DNA of 53,342 nucleotides. It comes from an uncultured Gammaproteobacteria bacterium (GTDB lineage: Bacteria; Patescibacteriota; Microgenomatia; UBA8517). The translations under genes and the position numbers were made by a program. Location: contig CAZVJU010000006.1 of the NCBI GenBank assembly GCA_964627195.1, positions 6,200-59,541 on the forward strand. The letters are read 5' to 3'. The stretch's first letter is position 1. Each line of letters starts with the position of its first letter. The notes beneath the pieces are model-generated. The model worked only from the letters and a program-made list of their open reading frames with translations. It ran no database searches and was not told where the DNA came from. Positions 27,024 to 37,577 of the stretch are shown here, piece after piece.

Positions 27024-29768
27024 ATGAAACACAAACACAACCTCCTGTATCTTTTTGGGTCCTTACTACTGGCATTTTTTTGCTTAGTTTTCTTTTTTCC
27101 AAAAACCATAAAAGCCCAAAGTTCGTCAATTCGGGTATCTGGTTTTACAAATCCACGGAATATTGCCCCGCTACAAGGTTTTGTTCCAAGCTGGTATTTT
27201 GAAGAAGACCCTGAGCTTGGGTTACGAAACGCTCTTACAAACCCCTCTAATTTTGGTCCGGGCGGAACTGTTAGCTGTTCTGTTGAATTTAAGCCTTTTG
27301 TTACAACGATTACTCCTGGGTCTCTTATCGGAAATGGACAAAAAAAGTTCGAAGTGTTTTTTGCAGGTTTAACACATACGGATTTGACTAATGAAGAGGC
27401 TAATGAACTCGCGGCATTTATCAGATCGGGAGGAATAGTTTTTGTCTCAGGAGGTGGGTACTCTACATACCAAAACTTAGGACTACCGGGGTACGATGGA
27501 TCTAGGTTTAACTCTCTTTTTGGAAGTCTCGGAATTTCTGACACCTTTCCGCAAGGCGAAGTAGTTGATTTTTATCCTTGCGGGGCATCTACTGAACCTA
27601 TTGCAACTCCAGTTACTACAGGGCCCTTTGGGGCTATTGGAGTATTGTGGCACGACACCTATAATCCGATTAACACTTCGACTTTGCAAAGTGTTGCTAC
27701 AGGATTTAATGAACTTTGTTTTATTGGAATGTCGTTAGATCCCGAAGGCGTTTCTCCTCTTTCTGTAAATGGTGGACAGTATTATCGAACAATTTTAGCA
27801 GAGGGGAAATTTGATAAAGGGTATCTGTCTGTCTCAGGAATACCTCAATATTCGCTCTCCGCTAACTACTTTCTTAATTTATTCTCATTAGCATGCCCCG
27901 GAGGAACGACACGGCCACCTTTTGCTTTTTTGGATTTGCCGTGGGATTACGAGGGAAAGGGATTGAGTTTCAGCGAAGCTGCGACTGCGATTGGCTCATA
28001 CTTTGATCACGAATATCCGTTTGGGGATGTAGGGAGTGTTTTGGGTGAACCAGTTGAAGCACAAGGTACGCTTACAAACTATGAAGGAAAATTCAGAGAT
28101 TCAATTATGAGATATTCCAGCCATGATGGGTATGATTGGCTTTCAAAAGCAAAAGTATACAATGGTGATTCTGTTTTAGCTGCTGGATCGGGTACTGCAA
28201 CTTTCTTTAAAGCAGATAAGAATAATGGAGCTTGCGGGACTTCTGCTTGCGGTAATGTAATTGTGATTGACCATGGTAATGGGTACCAAACAAGGTATTA
28301 TCATCTCCAAGATAACGATCCAATTTCTCAAAGTTTTACTACTCCAAGGTTTGTAAATAAAGGAGAAGTAATTGGTAAAGTCGGATCAACCGGCACTAAG
28401 TCCAGTGCTCCTCATATCCATTTTTCAGTTATCCAGGATAAAAATGGAGACGGGAATTTTAATGATAATAGACCTGATGGCTTAACAGACCCATTTGGTT
28501 GGCAAAGCAAAGAAGTAGATCCCTGGCAGAATTATTCTTTTTCCTATAATGGAGAAAGGGTTGGTAACAAAAGTTATTATCTCTGGACAAAACCAATTGC
28601 AAATCTCTCAAAGGAATTAACTAGTAATGGAGGATTTTATAAACTAGAAAGGTACGAAGTTAACTTTCCCCAAGATTCCACTTCCGATCCACTTAATGTT
28701 AGTATGCAATATTCTACTAAAGTTACTGTCTCGGACTCTTTCGAGTCCGTTGGTTCTGCCCTTCAATTTAATGTAATTGATGCTTCTGGGAATCCGATAA
28801 ACACTTTTCCGAAAGATTTTACATTGACCATTGATTTTAAGGATTTTGATATAAATAAGTACAAGTTAAGTTCATTATCCATTTACTCGAGCAATGATGG
28901 TATGAACTGGATTAAGGAGGATACGAATATTGATTTTGCGAGTGGTATTGCTACTTCAACATTAAATCATGCCAGTTATTTTGCACTGATGGGAGAAAAG
29001 TCAGACATAATTCCTCCTAATACTGAGGCTTTACTTACCGGAAATGAGGGACAAACTGGTTGGTATAGGTCAGATGTGGAGGTAACTCTTAATGCAGAAG
29101 ACGGCAATGAAGGTTCGGGGATTTACTATGTTGGATATAAAGTTGATGATGATTATTTCAAGGAATATAAGGAACCGTTTACTATTTCTGACGAGGGGGA
29201 ACATGTAGTTGAATTTTATTCTGTTGATAATGATGAAAATATCGAGGAAGTAAAATTAGTCACTTTCCATATAGACAAAACCCTTCCTGAAGCAAGAATA
29301 GAGTTTAGTCCTGAAAAGAAGGACGCCGAAATTTTAGGAGTAGATGAAAATGAAACAGAAGTTACTTTCGAAGAAGGGAAAGGAAGATTTAAGTCGGACT
29401 TGATAATCATTAAAGATAAGTCAGGAAATACGCTTCAACTTGAAGGAAAATTTAGACGTATGGATAAACTTGACACTTATTCTATAGAAAGTATGCAGTA
29501 TAACGAAAGTGAAGAATTCAAATTTGACAAAAACTTCTACTCAGCAGGTTTCGCGTTAGGTAAAAAGTCAGGAGAGTTTAACCAAGTTCTTCAAAGCTGG
29601 TTTGACAAAGGAGAGACGCTGATGGCAATAATTTACAACGGTAAAAAAGATGAGAGTGAGATTTTTAAGAAAGATAAAGGTGAAAAAGTTCAGTGGGAAA
29701 CAAAACCGGGACTTTCTTTATTGTACATAAAAACAAATAATGGTAATCTGGAATTTGGATACGAATGA
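27024..29768 (+). CDS. Large secreted M23 family peptidase with Ig-like C-terminal domains
   Basis: Signal peptide; HDGYD, GN...IDH.NGY.T.YYHL, G..IG.VGSTG...PHIHF; D..PP.T...GWY.SDV...EGEH.V..YSVD. Confidence 0.88.
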   Translation: MKHKHNLLYLFGSLLLAFFCLVFFFPKTIKAQSSSIRVSGFTNPRNIAPLQGFVPSWYFEEDPELGLRNALTNPSNFGPGGTVSCSVEFKPFVTTITPGSLIGNGQKKFEVFFAGLTHTDLTNEEANELAAFIRSGGIVFVSGGGYSTYQNLGLPGYDGSRFNSLFGSLGISDTFPQGEVVDFYPCGASTEPIATPVTTGPFGAIGVLWHDTYNPINTSTLQSVATGFNELCFIGMSLDPEGVSPLSVNGGQYYRTILAEGKFDKGYLSVSGIPQYSLSANYFLNLFSLACPGGTTRPPFAFLDLPWDYEGKGLSFSEAATAIGSYFDHEYPFGDVGSVLGEPVEAQGTLTNYEGKFRDSIMRYSSHDGYDWLSKAKVYNGDSVLAAGSGTATFFKADKNNGACGTSACGNVIVIDHGNGYQTRYYHLQDNDPISQSFTTPRFVNKGEVIGKVGSTGTKSSAPHIHFSVIQDKNGDGNFNDNRPDGLTDPFGWQSKEVDPWQNYSFSYNGERVGNKSYYLWTKPIANLSKELTSNGGFYKLERYEVNFPQDSTSDPLNVSMQYSTKVTVSDSFESVGSALQFNVIDASGNPINTFPKDFTLTIDFKDFDINKYKLSSLSIYSSNDGMNWIKEDTNIDFASGIATSTLNHASYFALMGEKSDIIPPNTEALLTGNEGQTGWYRSDVEVTLNAEDGNEGSGIYYVGYKVDDDYFKEYKEPFTISDEGEHVVEFYSVDNDENIEEVKLVTFHIDKTLPEARIEFSPEKKDAEILGVDENETEVTFEEGKGRFKSDLIIIKDKSGNTLQLEGKFRRMDKLDTYSIESMQYNESEEFKFDKNFYSAGFALGKKSGEFNQVLQSWFDKGETLMAIIYNGKKDESEIFKKDKGEKVQWETKPGLSLLYIKTNNGNLEFGYE

Positions 29769-30286
29769 AAAAGAAAAACATTCTATTTATTGCCTTAGCT
29801 TCAACTTTAGTTGTATCAATTTTTGTTTATTGGAAATATTTATTTAAGGCAAGGGAGACTAGTATAAAAACACAAAATGTTGCAACGCCTGAATTTGGAC
29901 TAAATTCCTTTAGATCTGATAATTTAGACTTTACAGTTTATATAATTCCGCAAAGGTTTGAAATTAAAGAAGGATTATCGTATGTAGAATTCAGAAGTGG
30001 AGAGGGGGTTGTTGATTCCGGTAGAAATGACGCAACTGGTTTTGAAGACTTGAATGGATATCTTACCGACCTTGATGAAATAAATAAAACAAAAGATATT
30101 TCGGAAATTAGAGAGTTAGAAATAAACGGTTATCCCACAAGAGTCAGAGACGAAGTGAGAGGCTTGGTGAAATTTAGAATGTATTACATCTATGTCGATG
30201 ATTGGGTTTATGTGTTTTCGACTAAATCGGAATCCCTTTACTCCGATCTTGATCAAATTGCCCAGTCGTTCCGCTACACTCCGTAA
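29765..30286 (+). CDS. PsbP-like membrane-anchored protein
   Basis: TM anchor, ING.P, DQI..SFRY C-terminus. Confidence 0.6.
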   Translation: MKKKNILFIALASTLVVSIFVYWKYLFKARETSIKTQNVATPEFGLNSFRSDNLDFTVYIIPQRFEIKEGLSYVEFRSGEGVVDSGRNDATGFEDLNGYLTDLDEINKTKDISEIRELEINGYPTRVRDEVRGLVKFRMYYIYVDDWVYVFSTKSESLYSDLDQIAQSFRYTP

Positions 30287-30376
30287 CTCTTCCTTAATCC
30301 CACTTCATCGGTAAATAGTTATACATACAATGTATGAATTGAAGGTTATTGTTACCTCTATTATCCTTCTGAGAAA

Positions 30377-30994
30377 GTGATATTTAACAAATTATATAGT
30401 TATCGGAAAGTTATTGTCCCACTCTTCGGTGTTATTGCATTTTTGACTTTATTAACTCCATCAGTGAGAGCAGTAAACAGTAATGACATTCTTGACCAGG
30501 TAAAAGGCGTTTTCAAGAAAGAAACTCCGAAGGAATTAGTTATTAATTCGAATATTAGTTTAGCACCAAGCGGCGATGCCAATAACAATAATGCGATTGA
30601 TGCAGGCGATATAGTTAGGTTTACTTACACTATTACGAATACCACGGATAAAAATTATTCCTACGTTACTTTAAATACGAATATCAACAGGAATGATTTA
30701 AATTTTATTCATAGTCTTCGGGGAGCCACAGGACTTTCGGATACCGACGGGAAAATCAAACTAAGGAACATAAGAATTAATTCTAACGAGCAAAGAGTTT
30801 TGAGTTTTGATGCGCGGATAAATTATTCCCGTGAGGATAAAGATATTTCAACAGAACCCGAGTTTATAACTGAAGACCAAAAGTTAATTCTTAAGTCCGA
30901 TAAAAAATCTGTATCTGCAAAGAAATTAAGCGACGAAGAAGTTAAAAAACGTCTCGAAAACCGTGGAGTTGTTTTAAAAGAGATTAAAAAGTAA
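30377..30994 (+). CDS. Secreted protein with DUF11-like beta domain
   Basis: Signal peptide; D.NNN..IDAGD.V.FTYTITN. Confidence 0.6.
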   Translation: MIFNKLYSYRKVIVPLFGVIAFLTLLTPSVRAVNSNDILDQVKGVFKKETPKELVINSNISLAPSGDANNNNAIDAGDIVRFTYTITNTTDKNYSYVTLNTNINRNDLNFIHSLRGATGLSDTDGKIKLRNIRINSNEQRVLSFDARINYSREDKDISTEPEFITEDQKLILKSDKKSVSAKKLSDEEVKKRLENRGVVLKEIKK

Positions 30995-31002
30995 GTGAAA
31001 TT

Positions 31003-34000
31003 ATGAGGAAACTTTTTCTAAATCAAAAAATTTGTAAAAAGATAGCAACACTACTTTTGTCTTTTTTAATGTTGCTTTCTTCAGCTCTACCCTATCTCCA
31101 AATGCCTTTTAGTCCTAAACCGGCGTTTGCAGCCTGTAGTGCGAGTTCAACATCAACCTCCGGAACTAACTCTCCAAGAAGGACTTCAGCAAAACTGAGT
31201 GGCAGAGTTGGTGGAGTGGCACTGGATCAAGCAGCCAAATTTCTTGCCGACATGTCCGAAGTGACCGGTGCTTACTACGATCAGGATTTAGACCGCATTG
31301 TCTTTGTTGGGAGAAAGAGTGCAACCTTGCCGAAGTTTGATAGGGATGATCTGGCAGTCGCTATAAAAGCGATTATGTTTCATGGTGAAATTCCTTGGGT
31401 GAGTTTGGAGGGAACAAACCCTGATCCAAATTATGTGGATGCGGTATTTAGTCCTGGAATAGAGAACACAAGGTTTGGAGAGATATTAATTCAGGCGGAT
31501 TATAAATTAAAACAGTATGCTCATGGATATGACACTAATGATCAACTGCTGGTATCAAGCGTACCAGGCTATAAGTCGTTTCATGACCGTTATTATGAAA
31601 AAATACAATCACATGATCCAACCGGTTATGACGATCTCTCTAGGTTTTGGATTACGCCGCAATTAATTTCCCTTAAAAAAGATGATGTTGCGAGTGCATT
31701 TGTTTTTGAGACCGTTAAGATGCAGGTCCAGACAGAAGCGATGGGTAATAACAGTCCTTACTGGACCGCGGCAGCAGATGAGTTTGCAGACCACTTTACA
31801 CAGTACTATGATTCTTTTGGACAGGAAAGCCCGATAATTAATGATACTAAAAGACTTGGCCAAATAGCTGCGGTAGTCAAGTGGATTAATGATAGCGGAA
31901 TAACAACAGACTTTTATTGGGCACGGGATTATGCACCCAAAAAAGTAACCACGGCTAAATCTTTTAAGAAAATTTATTCTAAGAGATATGAATATCAATA
32001 TGAGGAGAATGGTCAGATTTTTGATGCCAGCTTTAGAATTGAAGGCGGAGCTGATCTATTTACCGACAATACATATAGTCAGGATAGTACGGGTACTTCT
32101 TCTGGTTTGAAAGACTCCTCACAGCAGGTTCAAACAACCAAGGAAGATGTTCACTGGACATTTAATAAAGATGGTCAGAGTTACGAAGCTGTGGCAGTCG
32201 CGGCAGACGCATTCAGAACTCTGGGTTCATACACAATGACCGCGACAGATATGGCTTTTCCCACTGCTGGAGACCTAAGTTTGGCTTTCCAAAGGACTTA
32301 CTCCTCTTTCTCGGGCGGTCAATACGGAGTTGGGCGGGGATGGAACATTTATCCCGCACTTCTTTTTGATAATAAACCTGCTTATCCCGCAATCACTCTC
32401 CCTTGTGCGAACGGAAATCATCCCAAATCCTTAGCCTTTGTTTCTCAAACAGGGGGGTTTGAATCATTCACAATTAACGACTGCTCGATTGGCTATGTTG
32501 CAGATGATCCTGCCTATCATTCACAAGTATTTCATAATACTGACGGAACATTCACTGTTCGACTTAAAAATCAAACAGAATTCATATTTTCTTCTGAATT
32601 CAAACTCACAAAGGTTAAAGATAAAGTTGGGAATGTGATGACCTACGCTTATGACGGGTCGGGAAAGATCGCTAACATTGCAGACGGCAAGGGTCATCAA
32701 TTAACGGTTAATTACGGCAGTAATGACCTCATTTCCTCAATTTCTGATTGGTCGGGGCGTGCGGTAAGTTATACGTATGATGCAGAAGGAAACTTGCTTA
32801 CAGTCAAGGATCCGAATAATAACACTACCTCCTATGCCTATGATACTAACTTCAAACTTACAAAGGTCACAGATCGCAATAGTCAGGCGATTGTTACTAA
32901 TACTTACACTGACGAGGCTAAATTAACCACACAAAAAGATACCACTAATACTACTAATACTTACACCTACGACAAGGTAAATAGAAAAATAACATCTACC
33001 GATAATAATGGGAGAACACAAGTTACGACTTATGATAATAAAGCCCGAGTGCTCGAGGTAAAAGATCCTCTCAATTTTACACTTAAGTATACCTACGGGT
33101 CTGAATATTCACCGCTTACAGCGACAGATAAGAATGGGAACAAGATAACTAATACTTATGATGCAAAGGGCAATCTGGCCTCGATTATTTATCCTGATAA
33201 TAAAAAGGTGACCTTTACCTATGATTCGAAAAACAGGTTAACTAAAGAAGTCGATGAACGATACACAACTCCGAAGACAACAAATTACACTTACGATGCA
33301 TTAGGTAATCTCACCCAAGTAGACGAAGCGGGAAGAATTACCAGGTTTACTTATGACACAACAGGGGAAATGCTTTCTTCAACAGATCCCTTGAGTAGAT
33401 TAATTAAATGGACACGAGACAATTTTGGTAACAAGTTAACTGAGATAGACCCATTAAATAATACGACCACGTTTGCTTATGACACTATTGCACAACTAAC
33501 TACGCTAAAAGATGCAGAGTTAAAGCAAATTACTTATACCTATGATGCGAATGGAAATGTCTTAACAACTAAGGATGCAATTGGTATTACGACTAACACT
33601 TATGACAAAGAAAATCGTTTGACAAAAATTACTTACCCCAATTTATCAGTTACCAACTTTAGCTATAACACTTCTGGATCGTTAACTAACGTTACTGATG
33701 CTTCGACCAATGTCACAACTTACGGTTATGATTCTTACCAAAACCTGACTACTCAGCAGGATGCGTTGAATCGACAAACTATTAATACGTATGACAATAT
33801 AAACCGTCTTAAACAATCATCCACTCCTCTAGCGAAAGTTTATAAATGGGAATATGACGCAAACGGCAATATCACAAAACGAATCGATGCGAATAATAAT
33901 GCAACTACTTATACCTATGATGTTTTGAATCGATTAACCAAGATAGCGTATCCGGATACGAAAACAGTTTCGTATGAGTACGACGCCCGTGGAAATATGA

Positions 34001-35667
34001 CGAAAATGATTGACCCTGTGGGTACTTCAATCTATGAATACGACCAGTTCAATCGGATGACAAAAGCAACAAATGCTTACGGAAAAGTCATCAGCTACCA
34101 ATATGATTCAGTTGGAAATCTAACAAAGCTTATTTATCCGGACAATAACTCTGTCAGTTATATATATGATGTGAATAACAATTTAAAGACAGTCACGGAT
34201 TTGGGAGGGAAACAGACACAATATACATATTATAAGAATGGTTTAGTAGCAACTCGGCAATACCCTAATGGGATCAAAACAACCTATACTTATGATGCTG
34301 CAAACCGCTTAAGTCAAATTACTCATACCCAGTCCTACTACACACGAGCTAAATTTGTTTACACACGCGATTTATTGGGGAATATTACCAAAGTTGATGA
34401 ATCAGGTAGTTGGATTTCTTCAACTGTCCAACCAACAACATTTACCTATGATGCGATAGGGAGACTTACGAAAGCGGTATATCCTGGTAGTAAGACATAC
34501 ACGTATACGTACGACAAAGTAGGTAATCGGTTAACTGAAGTCGATCCAAGTGACTCTTTTGCCTTTACATACGATTCAGATGATAAACTTACTCTGAAAG
34601 ATAGGTCCTATAACGATATTTCTTATCAGTATGACTCAAATGGCAACCTTGTTTGGAAAACTTCGACAAACGCAAATCCGCCTCATCCTGAATATAACTA
34701 TGATTTTGAAAATAGACTTACTCGACATTTGACCCAAGCAGGGAATGAGCACCTTTATACCTATGATGGTAATGGGAACAGATTAAAACATTACTTCTCA
34801 ACGGCAGTAACAGAATACACCTATGACACATCTGGATCGATGTCAAGACTTCTGGAAGATGGAGTCGATTACTATCTTTATGGTAACGGCGTTTTAGGAT
34901 CAGGTGACCCATCATTCGGTACTTCACATTATTATATTGAAGATGGTATCGGAAATGTGAGATTTTCAACAAGTTCTTCAGGAGGGACATGGTCGAAAAT
35001 GAAATACGATCCATTTGGCAACGATCGCTCATCTTTCGGTTCCGAGTTATTCCAATTCCACGGACAGCAATATGATTCTGCCAGCAATCTCTACTACATG
35101 CGTGCCAGATATTATGACCCCGAACTCGGTCGTTTCATCTCAAGAGATCCGGTAAAGGGGGACTTAAACAATCCTCAATCGCTACACCCTTATGTATACT
35201 CGTTTAACAATCCTGTCAATTTCAGCGACCCATCAGGGGAGTACATTGATACTGCAATAGACGTGGCATTCTTAGCGTATGACCTTTGCCAAGGTAACTG
35301 GGGCTGGGCTGCAGTTGATGTTGGAATGATGCTATTGCCTGTTGCTAACACAGCAATTGTACGTGGAGGAGCAAAAGCAGTCCAGACAGCAAAACAGGCT
35401 AGCCGTATGGAGAAATTGCAAGAGGCGGCAAAAGTAGGACGCGAAGTCCATCAAGCGATGGAATATCCTGCAGGATTTGTTAAGGAAAAAAGACTCGAGA
35501 GTGGACTGAGGCCCGACGCTCTAAATTATGCCACAAAGCAAATAATAGAGCTCAAACCGAATAATCCGGCGGCAATTAAAAGAGGTGAACGTCAACTAGA
35601 AAAGTATATTAATGAGCTAAATCTGACAGATGGTCCTGGTTGGACTGGTAATATATGGACTTATTAA
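31003..35667 (+). CDS. RHS/YD-repeat polymorphic toxin with C-terminal restriction-endonuclease-fold (Tox-REase-9-like) domain
   Basis: Many YD repeats, RYYDPELGRFISRDP, NPVNFSDPSG; C-terminus GREVH...KE.RL.SG.RPDA...IELKPNN..AI.RG..QL..Y. Confidence 0.9.
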   Translation: MRKLFLNQKICKKIATLLLSFLMLLSSALPYLQMPFSPKPAFAACSASSTSTSGTNSPRRTSAKLSGRVGGVALDQAAKFLADMSEVTGAYYDQDLDRIVFVGRKSATLPKFDRDDLAVAIKAIMFHGEIPWVSLEGTNPDPNYVDAVFSPGIENTRFGEILIQADYKLKQYAHGYDTNDQLLVSSVPGYKSFHDRYYEKIQSHDPTGYDDLSRFWITPQLISLKKDDVASAFVFETVKMQVQTEAMGNNSPYWTAAADEFADHFTQYYDSFGQESPIINDTKRLGQIAAVVKWINDSGITTDFYWARDYAPKKVTTAKSFKKIYSKRYEYQYEENGQIFDASFRIEGGADLFTDNTYSQDSTGTSSGLKDSSQQVQTTKEDVHWTFNKDGQSYEAVAVAADAFRTLGSYTMTATDMAFPTAGDLSLAFQRTYSSFSGGQYGVGRGWNIYPALLFDNKPAYPAITLPCANGNHPKSLAFVSQTGGFESFTINDCSIGYVADDPAYHSQVFHNTDGTFTVRLKNQTEFIFSSEFKLTKVKDKVGNVMTYAYDGSGKIANIADGKGHQLTVNYGSNDLISSISDWSGRAVSYTYDAEGNLLTVKDPNNNTTSYAYDTNFKLTKVTDRNSQAIVTNTYTDEAKLTTQKDTTNTTNTYTYDKVNRKITSTDNNGRTQVTTYDNKARVLEVKDPLNFTLKYTYGSEYSPLTATDKNGNKITNTYDAKGNLASIIYPDNKKVTFTYDSKNRLTKEVDERYTTPKTTNYTYDALGNLTQVDEAGRITRFTYDTTGEMLSSTDPLSRLIKWTRDNFGNKLTEIDPLNNTTTFAYDTIAQLTTLKDAELKQITYTYDANGNVLTTKDAIGITTNTYDKENRLTKITYPNLSVTNFSYNTSGSLTNVTDASTNVTTYGYDSYQNLTTQQDALNRQTINTYDNINRLKQSSTPLAKVYKWEYDANGNITKRIDANNNATTYTYDVLNRLTKIAYPDTKTVSYEYDARGNMTKMIDPVGTSIYEYDQFNRMTKATNAYGKVISYQYDSVGNLTKLIYPDNNSVSYIYDVNNNLKTVTDLGGKQTQYTYYKNGLVATRQYPNGIKTTYTYDAANRLSQITHTQSYYTRAKFVYTRDLLGNITKVDESGSWISSTVQPTTFTYDAIGRLTKAVYPGSKTYTYTYDKVGNRLTEVDPSDSFAFTYDSDDKLTLKDRSYNDISYQYDSNGNLVWKTSTNANPPHPEYNYDFENRLTRHLTQAGNEHLYTYDGNGNRLKHYFSTAVTEYTYDTSGSMSRLLEDGVDYYLYGNGVLGSGDPSFGTSHYYIEDGIGNVRFSTSSSGGTWSKMKYDPFGNDRSSFGSELFQFHGQQYDSASNLYYMRARYYDPELGRFISRDPVKGDLNNPQSLHPYVYSFNNPVNFSDPSGEYIDTAIDVAFLAYDLCQGNWGWAAVDVGMMLLPVANTAIVRGGAKAVQTAKQASRMEKLQEAAKVGREVHQAMEYPAGFVKEKRLESGLRPDALNYATKQIIELKPNNPAAIKRGERQLEKYINELNLTDGPGWTGNIWTY

Positions 35668-35714
35668 ACTTCGTGTACTGCAAAGTTACTACTTTATTCT
35701 ATAATTAATACTAT

Positions 35715-36167
35715 ATGACAAAAGAGGAGTTAGTTCGCTTTGTTGATGATTATCTAAAAAAACTTGGGTATATTAGAAAGGGTAAATCGTGGTATAAGGA
35801 AAATTCTGAAACGATAACTATATTCACATTAGATAAGTCTCAGTATAGTTTGCTTTATTATGCTTCGTTACACTTTTCTTTAAGAGGGATAAATAAGGAG
35901 AAGTTTCCTAAGTTTTATAAGACTCATGCTTACTTCAGAGCGGAATATTTTATGGATGAAGACCCGAAACATTATTTGTATCTCGAAAATGAATTAGATG
36001 ATAATTTAAGAAAACAGGAGATAAAGAAATTATTACAAAGAGCAGCAAGTATACTTAAGTTATTTGAAACTACTAAAGGTATAAAAAAAACTCTGAAATT
36101 ATATAATCCCCGTGTTCTAGGAATAAAATTAAACGCACAGAATTATTTGAGAATTAAAATTAAGTAA
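35715..36167 (+). CDS. Probable cognate immunity protein (DUF4304-like)
   Basis: Directly downstream of toxin, AT-rich, LK..GY.RKG..WY. Confidence 0.7.
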   Translation: MTKEELVRFVDDYLKKLGYIRKGKSWYKENSETITIFTLDKSQYSLLYYASLHFSLRGINKEKFPKFYKTHAYFRAEYFMDEDPKHYLYLENELDDNLRKQEIKKLLQRAASILKLFETTKGIKKTLKLYNPRVLGIKLNAQNYLRIKIK

Positions 36168-36171
36168 ATTT

Positions 36172-36738
36172 ATGAATTATAAACATCTTATTAAACAAAG
36201 TATTGTCGCTAGACTGGTTTTGTGTTTTGCTATTATAATAGCAATTTCGCAACTGACAATCGTTATTGTTAGAGCGCAGGAAACAGACCCTGGATTTACC
36301 CAAACACTCTCATCGACAATAAATGTAGTTTCTGTAACCCCTATTCCCTCCCCAACAGGAGAAGTTCCAAGTTCGAAACCTTATGATTGGTGTAATGAGA
36401 ATGGGTGTGGATACAACAATGAAGATTTAAAGATCCCGGATATGAAATGCGGCGCTTGTGTAGAGGCAGTAGTCAAAAAGATTGATGAACAACCGATTAC
36501 TCAGAATTCGACCCAGCAGCCTTCAGTACAGGGGGTAACAGCTCCAACGAATACTCCTACTCCGACTAAAATTTATAGAAAAATACAACCTACACTTTCT
36601 CCAACTCCGACAATTGCCGAACCGCCAACTGCAACTCCAAGTGTTGAGATTATACCTCCACCAGTAATAGAATATCCTCAACCATTAGTAACAAGAATAT
36701 GGAACTGGGTTCTTAAACTTTTTATTTGGGGTAGGTAG
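36172..36738 (+). CDS. Hypothetical secreted Pro/Thr-rich protein
   Basis: Signal-like N-terminus, four Cys, PT-rich linker. Confidence 0.6.
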   Translation: MNYKHLIKQSIVARLVLCFAIIIAISQLTIVIVRAQETDPGFTQTLSSTINVVSVTPIPSPTGEVPSSKPYDWCNENGCGYNNEDLKIPDMKCGACVEAVVKKIDEQPITQNSTQQPSVQGVTAPTNTPTPTKIYRKIQPTLSPTPTIAEPPTATPSVEIIPPPVIEYPQPLVTRIWNWVLKLFIWGR

Positions 36739-36746
36739 GAAGTAAC

Positions 36747-37277
36747 TTATCGGCTTTTGAACATCTCATTTTCGATTAGTCCCCTTATAAATTCAGATCT
36801 TGTAGTTCCCCTTTGATCAGCAACTTCATCTAAAAAGTTTTCGATTTCAGGACTAATGAAGAAAGTAAATCTTCGGTTTTGTAATTCTTTTATCTCTTCA
36901 AGACACCAATCCAACACTTCCTCCAGATTTGTCTCATCATATTCCGATTTTATCAGTCTCGGTGAGTGGAGACTGTTTATAAAAACAGGATCATGAGCTT
37001 TCTTATATAAAAGAATAACCGGTTTACCCCGCATCAGTATCATCCCTGTTTCAAACCCTATATGAATTGTTGAAGGATAAGAGCCCTCGACAATAACGAA
37101 GTCGCATTGGCTGATATAATTCGACCACTCAGCATACCAATTTTTACTTGGTTGATAGTCCGAAGTTATTTTTTCGTAAAGTTCGTACCGATATTTTTTT
37201 AAGTGCTCGTTTACCCGTACGGATGTGTCATCAAAATTTTTGTTTTCCCTTAACGAAGTTAAGAAATAAACTTTCAT
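36747..37277 (-). CDS. Nucleoside 2-deoxyribosyltransferase-like domain fused to RHH/CopG domain
   Basis: MKVYF..S, CD.VIVE.S.PS...G.E.G....GKPV; C-terminal RF.FFI...L...A...G.TRSEFIR.LI. Confidence 0.7.
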   Translation of the reverse strand: MKVYFLTSLRENKNFDDTSVRVNEHLKKYRYELYEKITSDYQPSKNWYAEWSNYISQCDFVIVEGSYPSTIHIGFETGMILMRGKPVILLYKKAHDPVFINSLHSPRLIKSEYDETNLEEVLDWCLEEIKELQNRRFTFFISPEIENFLDEVADQRGTTRSEFIRGLIENEMFKSR

Positions 37278-37423
37278 TTTTTGTAGAGTAAAAGATTTTT
37301 ACTAAATGAAGGTTTCTTAACGTGAGGTCTTTCCTTCTTTCCGCACCAGATGCACATGTCTTTATCTAGAATATGATATCCAGATAATGTTTCCGGACAG
37401 GTTTTTGTTCCTTGTCGTAACAT
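37274..37423 (-). CDS. Uncalled 49-aa Cys/His-rich small protein
   Basis: MLRQGTKTCPETLSGYHILDKDMCIWCGKK...; GGAG upstream; ATGA overlap with next gene. Confidence 0.55.
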   Translation of the reverse strand: MLRQGTKTCPETLSGYHILDKDMCIWCGKKERPHVKKPSFSKNLLLYKK

Positions 37424-37463
37424 ACACTCCGCAGACTATTAAAATATGAATATCATAATCAAA

Positions 37464-37491
37464 TACAGTTGTCAACTACTTGACATCTGTA
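37464..37491. promoter_or_regulatory. Inverted repeat with back-to-back TTGACA in divergent region
   Basis: TACAGTTGTCAA-CTAC-TTGACATCTGTA (one mismatch). Confidence 0.55.
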
Positions 37492-37577
37492 ATAGTAACT
37501 AAAGGTTGTATATTTGAAAATTATTTGATAGAATAATTTGACTGTTAAATTTGTAACTTATAGGGTATATTACGCAT

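Noticed and set aside
32600-34800. Periodic TATGA/TACGA pattern as a DNA repeat array
   Set aside because: Explained by the YD repeats of the RHS protein.
26941-37492. 12-bp direct repeat TGACATCTGTAA flanking the M23-RHS block as att sites
   Set aside because: Exact 12-mer pairs are expected by chance in 53 kb of AT-rich DNA, and there is no integrase.
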